IMG/VR virus record: IMGVR_UViG_3300012176_000002
Location: 53,474-117,473 of that record
Strand: one strand, 5' to 3'
Length of the DNA: 64,000 nucleotides
DNA from: a virus
The notes beneath the pieces were generated by a model, which was not told the DNA's origin, made no database searches, and was given only the letters and a program-made list of their open reading frames with translations. Both the position numbers and the translations under genes were made by a program. Position 1 is the first letter of the stretch. Every line of letters begins with the position of its first letter. Of the stretch, positions 51,501 through 61,279 are shown in pieces.

Positions 51501-51722
51501 GATCCCTCTTCTTTTATTCTGAAGAATTTATCTAATGCTCTGCCAAATTATTCAGACTTGAATTCTCAACCTGCTTTAAGTGTGCAGATAGATAAACTGA
51601 TAGGAAGTGTTGAGTATAGGAATAAAGATGATTTGCCAGAACTTAAAAGATTTTTAGAAATGGCTGCGGATCATACTATAGATAGGATCAAGGGGCAAGC
51701 AAGAAATCTCGGTAAGTTATAA
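45540..51722 (+). CDS. tail tape measure protein, exon 3 (spliced product about 2816 aa), with four DUF4214-like repeats near the C-terminus
   Basis: Long helical ORF with no SD at its start; LY..LLGR.PD..GL..W repeats. Confidence 0.85.
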   Translation, partial: SIKSVGDIASTTSLISNLGQNVQAITMAMHGFSAAQQVSMMTSAGLDSAIQNQVLSLQGLSPAQVHAAMSNATMATATTTNAAAQGLLTKALGALKAAVIAHPILAFAAAVGIAFVAVDLLTESLSEAQEKAAESAEAYEKIKTEIQQMNDELETARDRINELNARENLSLVEEAELEKLKVQNEYLEKQISLKEALSGFSQKQAISDAVNAAGKTSEKAVAYEGQYYRADGTTGDKYDDTYGRYGLNRLDYVQSNLNAIKTYEQIINDLQKQQNALDKESETFQDDFNDLDKQINAHLSKIDEWNAEVASVMGELGEELSTTLEAYLNDISMSDEATQIVEQYNSLMDQILGATNSAVDEASNKTDIIDKIFDQKKWSDALSDMQYAYGAGISLDDILGDFFTINKDISTVLDEAGINKEELSKYLKSLLAPDEIDFNELRSQLTTTLDLENSSLAKNKWLDSKSDMQIEILYGISKDRDISTLSMEELDAEIEKIQNQKIFISVSDAAEQIAAVGEEQELVNKILSEGTSIAAEDYQKLIEYSKEYESCLTYEGDRYTLNRKALKDLTKEREKTLKTQIKEAKNNKYLDYHNLSKELYALTRDYSKYDASKDRSIKTTLAQLSSLEAEINQYRLLEQQLLTASNAFDKYKESKNAADYGDNYNTSNDARGSLKEGFETGKVGTVEFESAVDLLVPEAEIDKGISGIKKYYDKTIKKYFTDDNDGVVNFINDALSKGLFTGSLSDFLVTDGKVLDDFCEQLNITKEVALAIFGELETYGYGQNFDWFDELFRGSEDSYNALESLEVQLLKTKAEMIKSGDWGFDGESNSAKTKEVIDRLEEIKQKKKEVALTAADGIINYEQDKANLEKLYQDYEALLVQINQSEDEEVKIKLQAEADELYAQIEHLESQLTEPTEMNITIAEETLTSELAKFKRASEDPQYAAAINITTDEAQGKVDEFTQKLEAINQIKYDQQESVLYGVGQTVDKIKSKIESTKDLNVTTTTAMTRLEAVNNYVTALRNKISLGASFKVTTTTSDPASVNGTAHARGTVPKIKSASFGNGYLGKAYSSGNWGIGRDEISLTGELGQEMVVRDGRFFTVGDNGAEMVGLKKGDIVFNHLQTRELLSKGYVTGRGRAYAEGSAYVSGGSGINVTGGTSSKSSSKSSSKSSSKTNSSDDSDASKSLEDWIERFIDAFQYGANALQRLANDVYQRYTDQNPVINQMVSDIHNFVQLEQQMYDRYMQQANSLGLSSDYVQKIQNGAIDISTITDDNLKEKISDYKQWYDKAQGVKETIAELKVQIRDLNNQKLSNIVDDFEQLIGLSKSLISVQESYIKLIEESGKRVVENDYTVLIGEEANTLRYLNAQFATLNAEYNSLVAAGALDIDDFIKWKTVLTDIKEEIYQSQIALEQYKNSIREVRWEPFLSGLDGLDNANDALDDMMTLLGNSGLFDETNISSIGKTKLGLLSQQLVNNKKMAAQYKEAINTLAKELKNGTITQKEYDEELLKYQKLQREAAIATKESKDAIISLIKDGIDKETEAFNKLIAAKKEALSQDKKNDEYAKKVNDKQKQINAIQAQLAGLEGDNSAEAIQKRKKLNSQLSTLNEELQEIRKDREIETLEQTYDDALELFEEYQEKIKDELDYNLDLRDKEIANMLITTKSSYDEIFGYLQDLSDNYNVALTDSITNPWKSGTAAAQNYYDAVNKISGVSSGIDTAPVSTTSSNESSIRQLYSSLLGRDADKTGLEHFLSMMDSGTTLDQVKSDILNSSEYKIKSLYKSVLGRDADAVGLQHWTNALNSGASLSEIESAMRMSDEFWKRSSEFVTGLYKDVLGRSPDSAGLNTWLQAMQKGMSKKEVERSFYNSAEFQNKYSGKSNQDYITALYSKILNRSPDSGGLSTYLSALNSGKPRSYVVDALLYSDEFKKLKGYAKGTIRVPKTGVYKTQEEGLEAIIGSGGLVTPLNKGDTVFTNPQTMQLWDMSKDPSSFILKNLSNALPNYSDLNSQPALSVQIDKLIGSVEYRNKDDLPELKRFLEMAADHTIDRIKGQARNLGKL

Positions 51723-51779
51723 ATAACCAATTGGAGGGCGGTGAAAATCCGCTCTCCTAAATGTAAAGGTGGTGGTAAA

Positions 51780-52562
51780 ATGGCTATATTTGGAAGCTTT
51801 ACCTATAATGGTATATCTTCCGCTTCGTTTGGGAATATCGTTCTATGCAAATTTAGTTCCATTGAAGATAGATTTACCCAACAAAAGGAAGCACTAAAGG
51901 GTGAGTTAAATCCGTGGAGGGATATCCCGAACTACTACGCTGATAAATATTCCACTCCGCTCACATCAAGCGTTGAAATAGTAAAATGCGATGGCGCTTC
52001 ATTTAGCGGAGAAGAAGCAAGAAAAATCCGCTCATGGCTCATCAGTCCAATGGGGTATCGTTTACTGGAAATCGACGATGGAACCGGATTATATGATGAT
52101 ATTGAATTCTTTGCTAAATTTACCGTTTCAAAGGAAAAGGTATTTACCGGCGACATTAACGCCCTTTGTTTTGAGTTTGAGTGCAATGCTCCGTATGGAA
52201 CCACTAAGGATAGGATCTATAAATTTGATGGGGGAGATACAATTTTAATAAATAACACATCCGATGATAACGAGCGTGACTATTATCCCGTTATAGTAAT
52301 AACCCCCAAAGCGACTGGCGTCATTAAAATAGAAAATGATGCTTATCCCGGAGAGGTTATGGAATTATCAGTACTAAACGGGAACGCGTTAACTATCAAT
52401 AATAAGAATCTAACTATTGTCGATTTAATTGATGATTTTAATTTTTCTGACGATTTTAATCTTACTTGGATACGGTTGAAACATGGCATCAATAATATAA
52501 CGGTAACGGGAGACTGTACTGGTTATTTTAAATGTAATTATATAAGGATGGTGGGCGTATAA
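51780..52562 (+). CDS. distal tail protein (Dit)-like
   Basis: FTYNGISS N-terminus, FECNAPYG, WIRLKHGINNI; follows TMP. Confidence 0.78.
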   Translation: MAIFGSFTYNGISSASFGNIVLCKFSSIEDRFTQQKEALKGELNPWRDIPNYYADKYSTPLTSSVEIVKCDGASFSGEEARKIRSWLISPMGYRLLEIDDGTGLYDDIEFFAKFTVSKEKVFTGDINALCFEFECNAPYGTTKDRIYKFDGGDTILINNTSDDNERDYYPVIVITPKATGVIKIENDAYPGEVMELSVLNGNALTINNKNLTIVDLIDDFNFSDDFNLTWIRLKHGINNITVTGDCTGYFKCNYIRMVGV

Positions 52563-55500
52563 TGTTTATTTTCAAGAAAGAACAAGCACGGGCAAAAGAG
52601 ATATATATTTCCAAACCTAACAATGGTATGCTTGGCCCCTTAGATGGAATCACATCTGCTAAATTCACTCCAAAATTCAACGATATATGGGAACTGGACG
52701 TTTCTGTTGATAAGTATATAGATGGAGTTTTATCTAGTAAATATGATGCTATTCTGCAATATATGGAACTGTATGTTCCTGATATTGGATGGTTTAGAAT
52801 AACAGAAGCTCCGAAAGAAACAATGGACAAGCATGGTCATACATATAAGACATTCAAGGCTCAGGGGTATGAAATTCAACTGCAAGACGTTGATGTTGTC
52901 AATTTCTATGTTAACACGGGAGATGAACTATCATATGAATTTTTTGACGAGAATCTAAACCCGATGGGTGTTCCAATGAGAAACATCCAACTTTATATCC
53001 AAAATGCGTCTGACGATCCTGAGTCTGATAATTATTTCGGGTATGGGATTTTGAATCTCTTAGAAAAATATTATCTCAGAAAGTGGAAATTTGGTGAGGT
53101 AGATATTGAATTACGGAGTCTTAGGGGACGGGTAATTTCAATAGAAAGTCAAAATTTGTATGCAACACTAACTCAGGATATTTCCAAAGCATTTGATTGT
53201 ATTTTTGAATTTGATCGGGAGAATTTCATTATTAACGTTCGCCCGTTTTATAATATAGGCAAGACCCTTAACATCCAAGCATCATACAGAAATCTGTTGA
53301 ATAGCATGACGATTAGTGCATATAGTGACCCCTCATATACCCGTTTTAGGGTTGCTGGTGGAAACGAACAAACAAGCATAATGTACGTTAATTTCGGGTC
53401 TGATTATATAGACAATCTTTCGTATTTTATGAAGGAACCATATTTTAAAAAAGAAGTAGTTGATAAATATAATCAGTTTGTTAGCGTCAGAGAAAGTAAA
53501 CGGGAAGAATACGCAAACTTATATAAAGACTATAGTTTAATCAGCAGTGAGATTTCAGAAATTGATAATAGGGTTCCAATTGATGAGGTAAAAATTGCAT
53601 GGGGGAGATATTCCGTAGAGGAATTGAATACAGAACTCGAAAATTTCAAAGCAATACTTAGTTATTTGGAAAAAACAGGACAGAATGTTGAAGGGGCAAA
53701 TAAGTACCAAACATATTTGTGTATTAAGGATATTATCATTCCAGATATTGAGGCGAATATCCGTGCTAAAAATACGGGGGACGTTGCGGTTGCCGTTGAT
53801 TATAAGACCAATTGGGAATTATATGGGATTATAGAATTAGAATCAAAGAAGGTGGCCTATGAAGATGTTATTAAAGTATACGAACACACTGGGCATAACG
53901 TTCCATGGACACCTGAAGGCTCTACCTCTACATCCGAAGCCGCTCATAATCTGCAATATAATCAATATTTAGAATACGTTGAATATGTAGCCAAAATAAA
54001 ACTAAAACTTACTGCTCTGTATGATAAAAAGAATACCCTCACAGAAAATTTAAAACGAATTGAAGATGATTTGTCCAAAATCAGAGCTTCCGTCTCTATT
54101 GAAAATGTCCAATTTGGGTTTTCACAAAAGGAACTGGAAGATATTCGTTCACTCTATATAGACACTGATTTTACAGATAGTTCCATTGAAGTTCAGGATG
54201 TAGGGATTATTGATGACGTAATTGATTATTCTTGGGATTTGTATGAATCTGCGAAAAAAGAATTGGAATATAGATCCCGCCCACAATTCACGGTCACTAC
54301 TGAAGCCGAAAACCTATTTAGAATTGAATCATTTAAGAGACAAGCCGATACACTGGAAATAGGTGATTTTATATACCTTGATCTCGGAGATAGCAACTAC
54401 AGCAATATTATAAAACAAAGGATTATATCATTTACTGTTGAACTGGTCAACATGGACAACACCTCTCTCTCACTATCATTTTCTAACTTAGCATGTACTG
54501 CATATGGAAAAGCAGATGACTATAGATTTTTCTTCGAAAATAAATCTGGATCAGTTAGTAAAAATTCAATTACTCAAAACAACACATCAACAATTCAATC
54601 CATATCAGCATCCGTAGCACTTTCGGTCATCCAAGGTTATCTCGGTGGCGGTAATTCTATCTTCCCAAACGGGTTAAGCGTACAAGACACTCAGAGGCTC
54701 TTAGATTCACTTTCAGGACTAATTGATGGTAATATATCTCTTGATGAATTAAAGGCCAAATTAGCCAAAATAGACGTGTTAGAAGCAGACAATGCATTCA
54801 TTAAATACCTTGAATCATCATTATTGGTGTCTGATAAGGGAGTTTTTAAAGAATTAAATGCAACCATTGGCAATATAGAGACGTTGCTATCCGGCACTAT
54901 CGGTGCAGGGAATGCCCAGTTTATTAATTTAACAGTAGATAATACAAAAATGACTGATGCTTTTATTAAAAACCTTATTGCATCAAGAATTAGCGTAGCT
55001 GATTTAAATGCTCATACTATGAGTGGTCAGACTATAAATATTATTTCAACAAAAACCGGAGATCCTGCTATATCTTTTATGAATGGGACGCAACAGTTTT
55101 TTGACAGTAAAGGGGTAGTTCGTGTCCAAATTGGACAAGATGCGTCGGGGAATTTTAATTTCATTATTCGTGGAGAAGATGGTACTACTACCCTATTTGA
55201 CGAGAACGGCATCACCAAAAATGCTATTCCTGATGGTTTAATCATAAATGATATGATCGAGTCTGGAACAATAGAGAAAAATAAATTAGGGTTCCCGACA
55301 ATAGAGGCGAATAAATTTGGGGGTGTTGATATCACGCAAGTTTACAATGGCGAAGATGGCTTATGGGGAGTACAATATGATGAGTTTAAAACCTCCACGG
55401 AAACCAAAATAAAAGAAATAGCTTCGATGGCAGACATTATTGAACTTTATGCAGATAATCAGGTGTTTATTGAACAAGATGGGATAATTACCCCCTCTGC

Positions 55501-55960
55501 CATAACCATTACAGCAAAATGTTTGAACACCGCAAGCGTTGACTCGTGGTATATTGACGGAGTAAAAAACACCACTTTTGTTTCTTCTGATAAATTATCC
55601 TTTACGATTCCAAGTTCGTGTTTAGATGGCAAAAAATCGATTATGGTTAAGTGCCAAAATAAAGATGGAGCAGTTTATGATATATATACCATTTATAAAA
55701 TATCTGCATCTTCGGGAATTACTATTACGCTATCGTCTAGCGAAGGGCAGTTATTCAAAACCGATTCGGGGGTTAATTCAACTGTGATCACTTGTAAGGT
55801 CTATAAGGGGACACAAGAGATAACGCCAAATTCATATAAATTTTTGCAACTATCCGATGATAATACAACTTGGGATACTATCGGAACGACACAATCCGTT
55901 ACTATTCCGCTATCAGGATTCATTTCCAAAAGTCGGATAAAATGTCAGGTGGATGTTTAA
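52562..55960 (+). CDS. tail hub / Tal-like baseplate protein
   Basis: Follows Dit; 1132 aa; VRVQIGQDASGNFNF motif; Ig-like C-terminus. Confidence 0.72.
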   Translation: MFIFKKEQARAKEIYISKPNNGMLGPLDGITSAKFTPKFNDIWELDVSVDKYIDGVLSSKYDAILQYMELYVPDIGWFRITEAPKETMDKHGHTYKTFKAQGYEIQLQDVDVVNFYVNTGDELSYEFFDENLNPMGVPMRNIQLYIQNASDDPESDNYFGYGILNLLEKYYLRKWKFGEVDIELRSLRGRVISIESQNLYATLTQDISKAFDCIFEFDRENFIINVRPFYNIGKTLNIQASYRNLLNSMTISAYSDPSYTRFRVAGGNEQTSIMYVNFGSDYIDNLSYFMKEPYFKKEVVDKYNQFVSVRESKREEYANLYKDYSLISSEISEIDNRVPIDEVKIAWGRYSVEELNTELENFKAILSYLEKTGQNVEGANKYQTYLCIKDIIIPDIEANIRAKNTGDVAVAVDYKTNWELYGIIELESKKVAYEDVIKVYEHTGHNVPWTPEGSTSTSEAAHNLQYNQYLEYVEYVAKIKLKLTALYDKKNTLTENLKRIEDDLSKIRASVSIENVQFGFSQKELEDIRSLYIDTDFTDSSIEVQDVGIIDDVIDYSWDLYESAKKELEYRSRPQFTVTTEAENLFRIESFKRQADTLEIGDFIYLDLGDSNYSNIIKQRIISFTVELVNMDNTSLSLSFSNLACTAYGKADDYRFFFENKSGSVSKNSITQNNTSTIQSISASVALSVIQGYLGGGNSIFPNGLSVQDTQRLLDSLSGLIDGNISLDELKAKLAKIDVLEADNAFIKYLESSLLVSDKGVFKELNATIGNIETLLSGTIGAGNAQFINLTVDNTKMTDAFIKNLIASRISVADLNAHTMSGQTINIISTKTGDPAISFMNGTQQFFDSKGVVRVQIGQDASGNFNFIIRGEDGTTTLFDENGITKNAIPDGLIINDMIESGTIEKNKLGFPTIEANKFGGVDITQVYNGEDGLWGVQYDEFKTSTETKIKEIASMADIIELYADNQVFIEQDGIITPSAITITAKCLNTASVDSWYIDGVKNTTFVSSDKLSFTIPSSCLDGKKSIMVKCQNKDGAVYDIYTIYKISASSGITITLSSSEGQLFKTDSGVNSTVITCKVYKGTQEITPNSYKFLQLSDDNTTWDTIGTTQSVTIPLSGFISKSRIKCQVDV

Positions 55961-56010
55961 CATATGCTACTGACGAAGAAACAAACTATGAGAGGAGGTC
56001 GAGATTTTAA

Positions 56011-59000
56011 GTGATTTATGAACAGGAAATAAATATAGTTCGCATTTCTGACGGAGAACCCGGCATATCAGCTGGTTCTCTTTTTACTTGGATTGTGTAT
56101 GCGGACGACGATCGGGGGACTAACCTGTCTAATGATTATAATGATCAGAAGTATATGGGCGTTGCATACAACAAAGTCGATCAGATAGAAAGCACGAATC
56201 CTTCTGACTATACATTCAGCTTAATAAAAGGGAATGATGGTCTAGATGCATATACAATCGTTTTATCAAATGATTCTCAATCTATTGGTACAACATCCGA
56301 TTTAAAACCTTTAAGCGCAACTACGTACAATTGCGTGGTTTCCGTATATAACGGTATTTCTAAACTTACCGCAACAACTGGAACGCCAACAACAGGGGAA
56401 TTTAAGGTTACTCTCCCATCTAATCCTGCGGGATTAACTCTTGCACAATCTACTGCTGGTATTGTGACTTTTGCAACATCTACATCGGCGGTGATTTTAG
56501 ATTCTGGAACTATTAATTTAACCATCACTATTGGAGGCGTTTCTTCTACAATTGCTAAAACCATTAGCTATTCTGCCAGTTCAACGGGGGCAACTGCTCG
56601 GACATATTTTTTAGATGCTGAAACTTTAGTAATCAAAAAAGGAGCAGACAGTGTATTGTCTCCATCCACGGTAACATTTAGTTCATACTATAGAGATGGA
56701 ATCAGTGAGTCCAAAACCTCTTATGCCGGAAGATTTATAGTTCAGGAGTCTACCGATGGTGGTGTTACGTGGACGACAAGGTCAACCTCTTCTTCAAATG
56801 TAACGTCTGTCTTATATACCCCGTCGAGTTCCAACGTAACCACCGTCAAGTGTACCATGTATGCTGCTGGTGGAACCACTATGGCGCTTGACAGCAAAAT
56901 TGTTGTTGTTCTTGTTGATATAGACAATATTGTAATCGGTGGACGCAACTATGCGTTAGGGACTGGTACTCCTAAAACGCTAACTGGTTTTAGTGGATCG
57001 ACAAATTACTGTACTGATGTGTATAAGGTTTTAATAGACAAATCATGGAAGGACGGAGACAAAATCACGATGTCTTGTGATGTCAGTTACACAGAGTTAA
57101 TGTGGACTGACACGCGTAACATCTGCTGGATACAATGGGGAGCGAATACCGGTGACTGGAATTCTGGAAGATATTTTATAAAACCGGAGTCTGGCACAAG
57201 CGGAACAATACACGTAGAGCGTTCTTTTTCGTTAACCGCCGACCACCTTACTAACGACTTCTGCAATGTATCTATCCGAACCGACTACATTACTGGCGGC
57301 TCAATTACATGGGAAAATCTCATGGTGGAGTGTGCTACAACAGCCAGTAGTTGGCAACCCGCTCCTGAAGATATTCAGTTCCAAATCACAACGGTTACGG
57401 AGACAATATCTGGGGTGTCCTCGAAGGTCGACGCCAATGAAAAGTCTATTACTGACAAAGTATGGCAATCAGATATCACTACTATAATTGACAATTATGA
57501 CGGCACAACCGGCAAGGGAATTCGTGATCGTGTTACAATTGTTGAGAAAGATATCAATGGAATAACAACTGAAATCACTGATATCGGAACGATTATTGGT
57601 AGTGCCTCCGATACATCTGGGAGTTCTCTGTATGCCAATATATATAAAGTACAAGAGACGGCAAATGGTATAATCACCACGGTAAGTCAAGTGCAAACAA
57701 ATCTGGACAGCCTGTCCATTGGTGGCAGGAATTATCTGCTAGACACTTCTGGCGAACAAAGCGTTACTGGAACCAATGCGGCAAATCAAGGATTTTACCC
57801 CTACGCGTTATCAACTGGAAGGTTAATGGATATGGGTTGGCAAGATGGGGACTGGGTCACTATAGCCATAGACTGGGAGGCAAAAGGTAGTGGGTTCAGT
57901 GGCTCTTTTTATCCGCAGTTTTATGGTACCCCTTACGATCCACGAAATGGGCTAAAAAATATCACAGTGGTTGGGTGGCCTTCTGGCACACCTAATACTA
58001 CAGTCAAAATAACACAAGAAACCACGTCAGGTAGATGCGTAATAACAGGGCAGATTAATGCGGAAGCCGTGAGTCCGTGGACGTGGATAGATTCGACTGC
58101 TAGCAAGCTAGGATTTCGGCTCGATAATATTCCATCAACGGTGACGCTGACCTTTGGTGGTGCGAAGCTCGAAAGAGCCAGCAGGCCCAGTGACTGGTCT
58201 CCCGCCCCGGAAGACATGGCAACTCAATCCCAGATCACACAACTGGCAGGGGATATCGATCTCAGGGTAGGGAAGAATGACATAATTAGTCAGATTAATC
58301 TCAGTACCGAGGGAGTCCTTATCGCGGGTGAAAAGGTACACATTACCGGACAGACCATAATTGACGATGCCGTGATCACAACTGCAAATATTAAGGATGC
58401 CGCTATAACAAGCGCAAAAATAGATAGTATAGATGCAAGCAAAATTACAGCTGGGACACTAGATGCCGCTAACGTGTCAGTTATCAATCTAAATGCCTCA
58501 AGCATTATAGGTGGCACAATCACTGGAGCAGTCACGGCTACTAATTTTACTTTAAAAGGTGGTAGAATCCTTATTGATACTGATGATAAAGCCGATGACA
58601 TAATACTCTTAAATTGCATCCCTTTCCATCACCATTTTACACCTATGGAAAACTGCTTGTGGGATGACGTGGAGGGATTTAAGGTAAAGCTCCAATCCTC
58701 TGGGTTGTATTTTGTGGATTTTGCTGGTACTTCTTTGGCTTCTTTTGGTTCCTTTGGAATATACCTTAGAAACACAAGTGGAGTTACTTTATCTGAACTC
58801 CACACCGATAGGTTATGCTTTAAGAGTCCAATTGGTTTTGATCAAGCGATATTAAATCCTTCCGGACTAATCTTTAATGATGCTCAGTACGGAACAAAAG
58901 TGGCAGAATTTGGTGCAGATGGAATTATGTCAAAGACCGCTAATTCATATCGTCTTGTGAATGGAAACTATGGCGCCTTTTGGAGGAATGACGGAACTGC

Positions 59001-59805
59001 ATTCTTTTTGATGCTTACTAATTCGGGGAATCAATATGGAAGTTTTAATTCATTCAGGCCATTAACGGCTAATCTTTCCACGGGCGTATGTACAGTAAAC
59101 GGTTGTCTCCCCCTTACTGGTGGCACGATGACAGGGAATCTCAACCTGCCCTATAATGTATGGCTATCATTTGGCGGCACGGCGCATATCAGCACAAATA
59201 CGAATCAGGCACTATACTTTGCCGCATCAGGAGAGTCTGCTTATGAAGCATTTTTAGGGGTCAGAAACAGTATGTGGGCATTTTCCCCTGCAACTAATAA
59301 CAACCTTGCTCTTGGGACAGGCAGTTACCGCTGGAGCCAATTGTTCGCGACGACAGCTACTATCAACACATCCGACCGCAATGAAAAAAATTCCATCGAG
59401 GCCTTAGATACAGATCTTTGGGAAAAATTCATAATGGGTTTAAACACGGTTTCATATAAACTAAATAGCGGCACATCTGACCGTAGACATAATGGTATGA
59501 TCGCACAGGATGTCGAAGTTTTGATGGAATCAATGGGGATTGACAGTAAGGACTTCGCAGGATTTATTAAATTCGCAAAATGTGATGAAGATGGGAATGA
59601 AGTATTGGATGAGAAAGGTAATACAGTATATGGCTATGGATTACGATATGAGGAATTTATATCTCCTATTATTACAACTGTCCAGAAACTTCATAAAGAA
59701 ACAGAAATTTTACGGAGCGTCGAAAATTTCCTAAAATCCCAAAATATTGACCCCAATGACTTTATGGAATTCGTAGTATCAAAGTTCAATAAATATAAAA
59801 AATAA
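56011..59805 (+). CDS. tail fibre / receptor-binding protein with C-terminal S74-like intramolecular chaperone
   Basis: Two GGRN...W.PAPED modules; TSDRNEKNSI...G.IAQDVE...LRYEEFI. Confidence 0.82.
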   Translation: MIYEQEINIVRISDGEPGISAGSLFTWIVYADDDRGTNLSNDYNDQKYMGVAYNKVDQIESTNPSDYTFSLIKGNDGLDAYTIVLSNDSQSIGTTSDLKPLSATTYNCVVSVYNGISKLTATTGTPTTGEFKVTLPSNPAGLTLAQSTAGIVTFATSTSAVILDSGTINLTITIGGVSSTIAKTISYSASSTGATARTYFLDAETLVIKKGADSVLSPSTVTFSSYYRDGISESKTSYAGRFIVQESTDGGVTWTTRSTSSSNVTSVLYTPSSSNVTTVKCTMYAAGGTTMALDSKIVVVLVDIDNIVIGGRNYALGTGTPKTLTGFSGSTNYCTDVYKVLIDKSWKDGDKITMSCDVSYTELMWTDTRNICWIQWGANTGDWNSGRYFIKPESGTSGTIHVERSFSLTADHLTNDFCNVSIRTDYITGGSITWENLMVECATTASSWQPAPEDIQFQITTVTETISGVSSKVDANEKSITDKVWQSDITTIIDNYDGTTGKGIRDRVTIVEKDINGITTEITDIGTIIGSASDTSGSSLYANIYKVQETANGIITTVSQVQTNLDSLSIGGRNYLLDTSGEQSVTGTNAANQGFYPYALSTGRLMDMGWQDGDWVTIAIDWEAKGSGFSGSFYPQFYGTPYDPRNGLKNITVVGWPSGTPNTTVKITQETTSGRCVITGQINAEAVSPWTWIDSTASKLGFRLDNIPSTVTLTFGGAKLERASRPSDWSPAPEDMATQSQITQLAGDIDLRVGKNDIISQINLSTEGVLIAGEKVHITGQTIIDDAVITTANIKDAAITSAKIDSIDASKITAGTLDAANVSVINLNASSIIGGTITGAVTATNFTLKGGRILIDTDDKADDIILLNCIPFHHHFTPMENCLWDDVEGFKVKLQSSGLYFVDFAGTSLASFGSFGIYLRNTSGVTLSELHTDRLCFKSPIGFDQAILNPSGLIFNDAQYGTKVAEFGADGIMSKTANSYRLVNGNYGAFWRNDGTAFFLMLTNSGNQYGSFNSFRPLTANLSTGVCTVNGCLPLTGGTMTGNLNLPYNVWLSFGGTAHISTNTNQALYFAASGESAYEAFLGVRNSMWAFSPATNNNLALGTGSYRWSQLFATTATINTSDRNEKNSIEALDTDLWEKFIMGLNTVSYKLNSGTSDRRHNGMIAQDVEVLMESMGIDSKDFAGFIKFAKCDEDGNEVLDEKGNTVYGYGLRYEEFISPIITTVQKLHKETEILRSVENFLKSQNIDPNDFMEFVVSKFNKYKK

Positions 59806-59828
59806 TTTAATTTCAAGGAGAGTAAAAT

Positions 59829-60224
59829 ATGAGAAAAGAGATTACAAACGCTGAATTGATGCACATCACCAAAAGCATTTCAGAATTAGGGAAAAGTGAT
59901 ATTAAGTTTCCTTGCAACCTACTCTGGAATTTAAAGTTAAATAAAAACACATTAAGCAATCTAATGAATGTTTATACTGATTGCGAAAAAGAAATCCTTA
60001 ACGAATATTCTGGAGATGATAAATCTAAACTGGTTGAATCCGAAGATGGAAAATCCCAAAGAATGGTAAAACCCGAGTTTGTGCAGGAATTCCAAGGGAG
60101 GATGCTAGAATTGCATTCACAAAAATCTGAAATTGAAATCAATACAATCCCATATGAATTAATTGAGGATCTGTCATTTACAAGTTCGGAGTGGGACGCA
60201 ATTGAGTTTATGGTGGAATCATAA
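59829..60224 (+). CDS. hypothetical protein (putative tail fibre accessory)
   Basis: AAGGAG SD; position. Confidence 0.65.
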   Translation: MRKEITNAELMHITKSISELGKSDIKFPCNLLWNLKLNKNTLSNLMNVYTDCEKEILNEYSGDDKSKLVESEDGKSQRMVKPEFVQEFQGRMLELHSQKSEIEINTIPYELIEDLSFTSSEWDAIEFMVES

Positions 60225-60322
60225 TTTAGCGTTTTTCAGAACAAGGGGGGGAGATATGAAAATTCGAGCAAGACCATTATGGTCTTATTTTTGTGCAGAA
60301 AAACAGAAATGAGGATGGATTT

Positions 60323-60625
60323 ATGACAAACGAAGAAATTGCAGTAAAACTAGCAGAGCATAGCAAGGAAATCGGATCGGCTAAACATCGGCTTGATCGG
60401 GTAGAAAGAGAACAGGGGGTCATACACGATCTTGTTATCTCTGTGAAGGAATTAGCTCTTGGCATGCAACACATGATAGAAGAGCAAAAAGAACAAGGGC
60501 GTAGATTGGAAGCTTTAGAAAAAGAGCCTATAGCGCGGTTATCGCAAATCAAAACAGCAATTATTACAGCACTTTCGACTGCCGTTATCGGCAGTATCGT
60601 AGGTGCTATTTTGCTGCTCTCGTAA
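60323..60625 (+). CDS. XhlA-like membrane protein (lysis-associated)
   Basis: HRLDRVE coiled coil with C-terminal transmembrane segment. Confidence 0.7.
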   Translation: MTNEEIAVKLAEHSKEIGSAKHRLDRVEREQGVIHDLVISVKELALGMQHMIEEQKEQGRRLEALEKEPIARLSQIKTAIITALSTAVIGSIVGAILLLS

Positions 60626-60640
60626 AAAGGAGGTTGCCCT

Positions 60641-61279
60641 ATGATAAAAATCGAGATTAACGAATCAGCGCTAAAGGTAACGAAGAGAGAAGCGATAGTA
60701 TCAGGGTCTATTGGTATATATAAAGCTTTATTCGAATTTGATTCGACATGGGACGGGTTATCCAGAAAAGCCGTTTTTGAAGCGGGGGCAATATGCAAAG
60801 AAGTGCAACTAAGTAATACTGGTATTTGTGACGTTCCTTGGGAAGTATTAGGGCATGAAAACGCTGGAAAAGCATTAAAGGTCGGCGTGTATGGTACGGA
60901 TGCCACAGGCGCACTTGTGCGGCCAACCGTATATGGCAAAGTATGGGATAGTATTTTGCAGGGAGTAAAGGGTGCGGACTCTGCTTCCGAACCCTCCCCC
61001 GATGTTTACGATCAAATACTTACTATCATGTCAGATACAGAGAAGCTTGTTCAGGATATTCGAGAGGATATAGATGCGGGTATTTTAAAAGGTGACAAAG
61101 GAGATCAAGGGGAACAGGGTGATCGGGGCGAAACTGGGTTACAAGGCCCCAAAGGAGAATCATTTGATTCAAAAGATGTAGGGCGTATTGATAAAAATGA
61201 AGCATCTATAACAGCACTACAAAATACCATAGGAACCCTTAACGAAACATTATCTGCAAGATTGGCGGGTGAAATTTGA
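60641..61279 (+). CDS. BppU-like protein with collagen-like G-X-Y repeats
   Basis: FEFDSTWDGLSRKAVF; GDKGDQGEQGDRGETGLQGPKGE. Confidence 0.7.
   Translation: MIKIEINESALKVTKREAIVSGSIGIYKALFEFDSTWDGLSRKAVFEAGAICKEVQLSNTGICDVPWEVLGHENAGKALKVGVYGTDATGALVRPTVYGKVWDSILQGVKGADSASEPSPDVYDQILTIMSDTEKLVQDIREDIDAGILKGDKGDQGEQGDRGETGLQGPKGESFDSKDVGRIDKNEASITALQNTIGTLNETLSARLAGEI

Noticed and set aside
60277-60939. 220-aa minus-strand ORF, and other short antisense ORFs over the structural genes
   Set aside because: Shadow frames opposite well-supported plus-strand genes
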